Below, one piece after another: positions 16,205 to 20,267 of a stretch of DNA of 20,267 nt. How positions within the stretch are numbered: the stretch's first letter is position 1; each line of letters opens with the position of its first letter. The DNA is from Hadesarchaea archaeon (GTDB lineage: Archaea > Hadarchaeota > Hadarchaeia > Hadarchaeales > WYZ-LMO6). The stretch is from contig JAPDJF010000047.1 in assembly GCA_029259185.1 (NCBI GenBank), forward strand, positions 1 to 20,267. Direction: 5' to 3'. The notes below the pieces were generated by a model. That model saw only the letters and a program-made list of their open reading frames with translations. It was not told the origin of the DNA and did no database searches. The position numbers and the translations under genes are program-made.

Positions 16205-17004
16205 CATATCTTTTCCTTCAGCTTCTCATAGAAATCGGTTCTCCACTTCAAAAAACGTGCTGGTTCATTCGATTTCAGAAACCTCAATTTTGTTCCAGGC
16301 TTGATCGGAGTGGTGAACTGACCATCGATCACCACAACTGCCTCACCGCCGCTGGGGTTCGTTTCCACCTCTACCGAGCTCGACTCGGGCACGACTATCG
16401 AGGGCACTTTCGGCCGTGAAACGCAGATCGGTGAGAGCACCAACGAGTCCACACGCGGATCAACCACCGGCCCACCCGCGGACAAGGAGTATCCCGTACT
16501 CCCAGTAGGGGTTGCTACGATCACCCCGTCTCCTTTCGTCTCATACAGATTCTTTCCATCGATCGATACCCTGAATTCTATCGCCCTTCCCGGAGAACCG
16601 GAGACTAACGCCGTTTCGTTTATCGCGTCCGGTAATCGCTTTTTCCCCACGAAGGTGGCGAGGGTCATCCTCTCTTCCACCCTCAGTTCTCCGCTCACAA
16701 GTCTTTTCACGGCCTCTTCTGCCCCTTCCGGAGACACTTCGGCTAAGAAGCCCCTCCCACCCATATTGATACCCAGAATGGGCACCTGGGGGGCTAACAT
16801 GTGAGTGGCGAGAAGAGTCCCATCTCCCCCCACCGTGATCATCACGTCCACATCCATTTCTTGGATTTTAACCCCTCTCCGTCCCACCGCTCTCGCCACT
16901 TTTTTTTCCAGCACCGTTTGCGTGCCCGATAGGGCCTGCAAGAGCCTGCGCGTGAGTTCTACAGCTTCCGGAACGTCCGAGCGAGCAATTATCCCTATCT
17001 TCAA
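16201..17004 (-). CDS. nadK: NAD(+) kinase
   Basis: GGDGT, GIN.G..GFL, INE, GDG...ATPTGSTGYSLSAGGP; TTG at 17004 preferred (the longer ORF runs through a TATA-like tract at ~17034-17043). Confidence 0.95.
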   Translation of the reverse strand: MKIGIIARSDVPEAVELTRRLLQALSGTQTVLEKKVARAVGRRGVKIQEMDVDVMITVGGDGTLLATHMLAPQVPILGINMGGRGFLAEVSPEGAEEAVKRLVSGELRVEERMTLATFVGKKRLPDAINETALVSGSPGRAIEFRVSIDGKNLYETKGDGVIVATPTGSTGYSLSAGGPVVDPRVDSLVLSPICVSRPKVPSIVVPESSSVEVETNPSGGEAVVVIDGQFTTPIKPGTKLRFLKSNEPARFLKWRTDFYEKLKEKIW

Positions 17005-17143
17005 CCGATCACTATTCCAATTGAGCTGAGAAGTTTTTTTAAGGTGATGGTGACCCATCCACTCTCAATTTCCCATCCGCCTCTGTGCCGATATGCTCGG
17101 GAGAGTCAAAGAGAGGACCTATCCAACTGAATCACCCAAACTT

Positions 17144-17172
17144 CTTTAAACACATCGCCGAATAATATTCGG
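17144..17172 (+). promoter_or_regulatory. eIF5A promoter: TATA box plus 15-bp palindrome
   Basis: TTTAAA at 17145-17150; CCGAATA-A-TATTCGG at 17158-17172, 5 nt before the ATG. Confidence 0.5.
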
Positions 17173-17177
17173 TTCTC

Positions 17178-17564
17178 ATGAAAGAGATGGTGGAAGTGGG
17201 GAAACTGAAAGAGGGGAGATTCATAATAATAGATGGGGAGCCATGCAGGATAGTCGGATACAGCACTTCTGCGCCAGGGAAGCACGGACACGCAAAGGCG
17301 AAGATAGATGCTATAAGTTTTTTCGATGGACAGAAAAGAACCATAGTGAAGCCGACCAGCGCGAAGGTTGAGGTTCCCATAGTCCACCGGGGAAACGCAC
17401 AAGTCCTCGCCATCGTGAAGAACAACGCTCAGCTGATGGATCTCAACACCTACGAAACCTTCGAGTTACCCGTTCCGATGGAACTCAGGGGAGAAATCCG
17501 GGAAGGTGTAGAAGTTGAATACATCGATGCCCTCGGACGCCGAAAGATAGAGAGGGTGAAGTAA
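17178..17564 (+). CDS. eif5a: Translation factor aIF5A (eIF5A)
   Basis: SAPGKHGHAK hypusination loop; QLMDL.TYETF. Confidence 0.97.
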   Translation: MKEMVEVGKLKEGRFIIIDGEPCRIVGYSTSAPGKHGHAKAKIDAISFFDGQKRTIVKPTSAKVEVPIVHRGNAQVLAIVKNNAQLMDLNTYETFELPVPMELRGEIREGVEVEYIDALGRRKIERVK

Positions 17565-17614
17565 ACCCCGATCGATCCAAACTTCCTCGCGATTTCTTGT
17601 CTCCGTGGTATGGT

Positions 17615-19192
17615 ATGGTAAAGTTCGACACGGAAAAGATAGAATCTGAGGCCAAGAGGGATTTTGAGAGGGCTTGGCTGGAAAGCGGGAAACTCTTGGA
17701 TAGGGAAGGGATTTTCCACCGCCAGATAAAGAAAACGAAACGCCACCCGCTAATGGAGTTGGTGGTGGAGATTCGAAACATTTTGCTGGATATGGGATTC
17801 ACCGAGGTCGTCCTCCCGATGATAGTGGACTCGAGTGAAGTTGTTCGCCAATATGGTCCTGAAGCACCTGTCATCTTGGATCGAGTTTTTTTCCTAGCGG
17901 GACTCGAAAGACCAGACATAGGGATGGGAAAGAAGAAACTAGAACTCATCAAGAAGATCGCTCCGGAGTTCGAGGAGGTAGAATCGCTCAAAAATATCCT
18001 CCGAAGATACAAGAGGGGAGAAATAAGTGCAGACGACCTCGTCGAAGCGCTCGTTGAGGAGTTGAGAATCACGGAAACTCAGGCTGGCAAGATCATCCAC
18101 GAAGTTTTCCCCAGGTTTAAGGAGATGAAGCCTATCCCTTCGAACCTCTCCTTGAGATCCCATACCACTTCTCTTTGGTTCCCTACAATCACTGAATTTT
18201 TGAAACGGGAACCGTTGCCGATCCAGCTCTTTTCGATTGGGCCGAAATTTAGAAGAGAACAGAAGCTAGACCAAACCCACCTCTACGAATCGTGGACGGC
18301 TTCTCTCGTGGTAATGGATGAGAACGTCTCCTTGGAGGACGGAAAACGTGTTACCCGAGAAGTGTTCTCAAGACTGGGGTTCCCACGGGTGGAACTTGTC
18401 ACCAAGAAGACCACTTCCAAGTACTATGCTCCACGAACCGAGTTCGAAGTTTTTCTCAAATCCGGTGAAAAAAATGTGGAAGTTGCGGATGGAGGACTAT
18501 ACAGTCCAGTGGCGCTGAGCAGATACAAAATACCTTACCCAGTTTTTAACTTGGGTGTGGGGCTGGAAAGGCTCTTGATGGCGAGGACGGGAGAGGCTGA
18601 CATTCGCAGACTCGTTTATCCCTACTTCTACACGAAAGTTGAATTCTCAGATCAAGAGTTGGCTAAGATGATTCGAGTGAAGGAAACCCCGAGAACCGAA
18701 GTCGGAAGGGAAATAGCCAGAGCCATTTCAGCCACCGCTCGAAAGTACGCGGATACACCAAGCCCCTGTGAATTCGAAGCCTACAGGGGGAGAGTGACTA
18801 ACAGAACCGTTGTCGTTAAGCTCATCGAGCCGGAGAGTGGAACCAAACTCATCGGACCCGCTGGTTTCAACTCGGTATACGTGTACAAAGGAAACATCGT
18901 GGGGGTCCCCCCCAAAGGGTGGGAGGAAGATGTCTTTTTAAATGAGGTCAAGAGATATGGAACTCCCACGGGCATAACCTACATGGATGGAGTCGCTGCG
19001 CTGGCCGCAAGTGAGATAGAGAGATCCGCAAAAAAGGATGGGAGGATAAAGGTGAGAATCCGGAACGTGAAGTCCCCTGCTGATGTGAATCTCATGATAG
19101 AAGATGTCGCTTACCGCTACCTCACTTCAAACAAAAAGCGGATCGATATCAGGGGGCCCGTGTTCACTACCATAACGGCTGAATTCATCTAA
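17615..19192 (+). CDS. sepS: O-phosphoseryl-tRNA(Cys) synthetase
   Basis: QYGPEAPVILDRVFFLAGL.RPDIG, LRSHTT, FRREQ, SKYY.P.TEFEV, GLYSPVAL, NLGVGLERL, IDIRGPVF; ATG at 17615 preferred. Confidence 0.93.
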   Translation: MVKFDTEKIESEAKRDFERAWLESGKLLDREGIFHRQIKKTKRHPLMELVVEIRNILLDMGFTEVVLPMIVDSSEVVRQYGPEAPVILDRVFFLAGLERPDIGMGKKKLELIKKIAPEFEEVESLKNILRRYKRGEISADDLVEALVEELRITETQAGKIIHEVFPRFKEMKPIPSNLSLRSHTTSLWFPTITEFLKREPLPIQLFSIGPKFRREQKLDQTHLYESWTASLVVMDENVSLEDGKRVTREVFSRLGFPRVELVTKKTTSKYYAPRTEFEVFLKSGEKNVEVADGGLYSPVALSRYKIPYPVFNLGVGLERLLMARTGEADIRRLVYPYFYTKVEFSDQELAKMIRVKETPRTEVGREIARAISATARKYADTPSPCEFEAYRGRVTNRTVVVKLIEPESGTKLIGPAGFNSVYVYKGNIVGVPPKGWEEDVFLNEVKRYGTPTGITYMDGVAALAASEIERSAKKDGRIKVRIRNVKSPADVNLMIEDVAYRYLTSNKKRIDIRGPVFTTITAEFI

Positions 19193-20000
19193 AATATCTC
19201 CTAAGACTCTTTATACCTTCCCGAGCCACACCAATTGGATCCTCGGGATCCCACAGCTCAGCTATGATCATATTCCGATAACCGATCCTCCGGAGAGTCT
19301 TTCCCATCGACTCGAAGTCTATGTGTCCCTTCCCCGGAACCATGTGGTCGTCATCTTTTCCTCTGTTATCGTGGACATGGATATGGACCAAGCGATCCTT
19401 GATTTCCTCTAATGCCTTCGACACGTTCAGCTTCTTCCCATCTTCCCTCTCCCTCAAGCATGCATGTCCCACATCGTAAGCTATACCCCCATCTATCCTT
19501 TCTGCCAAATCCCTAAGTTCTCGAGGTTTTGAGAAGGGGCTCGCTCGGGAACTCCCATTCTCCACCGCGAGTTTCACCCCTAGCTTTTTCGCGTAGAGGG
19601 AAGCACTTCGCAACAGCTGAAAGCACTTACGTTTAGTTTTTTCCCAGAACTCTCTCAACATCGGGACCCTGCATACCCCGGTGTGTGCCACAACTATCTC
19701 CCCTCCCAACCTCTTACACACTGCCATGCTTTTCTCCAAACACTTCCGGTTCAGCTCGAAGATCTCCCTGTGGTGACTTACGGGGTTTAGATCCACGAAG
19801 CTTGAATGCACCGAAACATCCATCCCATACCCCTGTAAGAGTCGCTTGAGCTCTTCTATTTTTTTTGAATCTGACCGAAAGTCGAAGTGAGGAATTTCGT
19901 ATATGATCTCGATACACTCGTACCCGAACTCGTGAGCGAGGGATATCGCCTTCTCAAGGGGAAGGCGGATGAACAGCAAGCTAGAAATCCCAAACTTCAT
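19185..20000 (-). CDS. Sugar phosphate isomerase/epimerase (AP endonuclease 2 TIM-barrel family)
   Basis: SVH, H.G, LAVEN, DVGHA, HIHVHDN.G..D.H..PG.G.IDF motifs; ATG at 20000 (MKFGISS). Confidence 0.88.
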   Translation of the reverse strand: MKFGISSLLFIRLPLEKAISLAHEFGYECIEIIYEIPHFDFRSDSKKIEELKRLLQGYGMDVSVHSSFVDLNPVSHHREIFELNRKCLEKSMAVCKRLGGEIVVAHTGVCRVPMLREFWEKTKRKCFQLLRSASLYAKKLGVKLAVENGSSRASPFSKPRELRDLAERIDGGIAYDVGHACLREREDGKKLNVSKALEEIKDRLVHIHVHDNRGKDDDHMVPGKGHIDFESMGKTLRRIGYRNMIIAELWDPEDPIGVAREGIKSLRRYFR

Positions 20001-20140
20001 CCCCGTCAACCCCCGGCGAACTGCCTTGCGGAGGCCGAAAACGCTGACTCGCTTGTGCCGACCCGGTCCCCGCAACCGATCCTAATCGAAAGGTTTCAAC
20101 CATTGAATCACCCACGAACCCTCATGCCGAGATGATTAAC

Positions 20141-20267
20141 GTGAACTACCCCCAGCTCTCGCAGGGGGCTTCCTGCTTCAGCGACGGGACTTGCCCAGCG
20201 ACCACGGCTTGCGCCGGAACGCTGAGTAGAGGTCCCATCTCCACAGGCGTTACTTCGGACCGTCCCA
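20141..20267 (-). mobile_element. IS200/IS605 right end with TnpB omegaRNA scaffold (element continues beyond the window)
   Basis: Minus strand reads GGGACGGTCCGAAGTAACGCCTGTGGAGAT...CGTCGCTGAAGCAGGAAGCCCCCTGCGAGAGCTGGGGGTAGTTCAC, a typical tnpB 3' end with terminal hairpin and TTCAC. Confidence 0.85.

Noticed and set aside
17005-17058. His-rich N-terminal extension of NAD kinase (MGHHHLKK)
   Set aside because: Spans the probable TATA tract; family similarity begins at LKIGII, so the start is likely 17004.
17044-17136. Possible C/D-box sRNA (GTGATGG ... CTGA)
   Set aside because: Imperfect C box, ~87 nt long, no clear D'/C' boxes, and no rRNA or tRNA target I could recognise.
19981-20103. 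40-aa minus-strand ORF (MVETFRLGSV...) with a GGTGA upstream, or a riboswitch in the GC-rich isomerase leader
   Set aside because: Overlaps the isomerase start, has no recognisable motif, and I could not match the leader to a known RNA family.
1-20267. CRISPR array, rRNA, or long antisense ORFs (e.g. 2789-3523, 9967-10734, 17485-18072) as real genes
   Set aside because: No regularly spaced repeats or rRNA sequence seen; the antisense ORFs are shadows of well-supported genes.

Overview
Archaeal housekeeping region. FtsZ, SepF, SepRS and the gene order look euryarchaeal-like; a Hadarchaeota-type lineage is a guess only. It holds the conserved dtdA-ftsZ-secE-spt5-(OB-fold)-rpl11-rpl1-rplP0-rpl12 cluster, acs, two tRNA genes, rpl37e/Lsm, PUA protein/sepF, aCPSF1/psmB, an M28 peptidase, a PiT transporter with DUF47, nob1, NAD kinase, eIF5A, SepRS and a TIM-barrel isomerase. 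IS200/IS605 (TnpB/omegaRNA) remnants sit at both ends and at ~15.8-16.2 kb. The most striking signal is in the tRNA pair: tRNA-Val(CAC) has a 23-nt strict-BHB intron at 23/24, and tRNA-Ala(GGC) has a 27-nt intron inside the acceptor stem (67/68). Splicing it restores the G3-U70 alanine identity pair. The tRNA-Ala 3' trailer is complementary to the tRNA segments displaced when the splice motif folds, suggesting a built-in refolding element. All calls come from manual reading and motif recognition; no searches were run.
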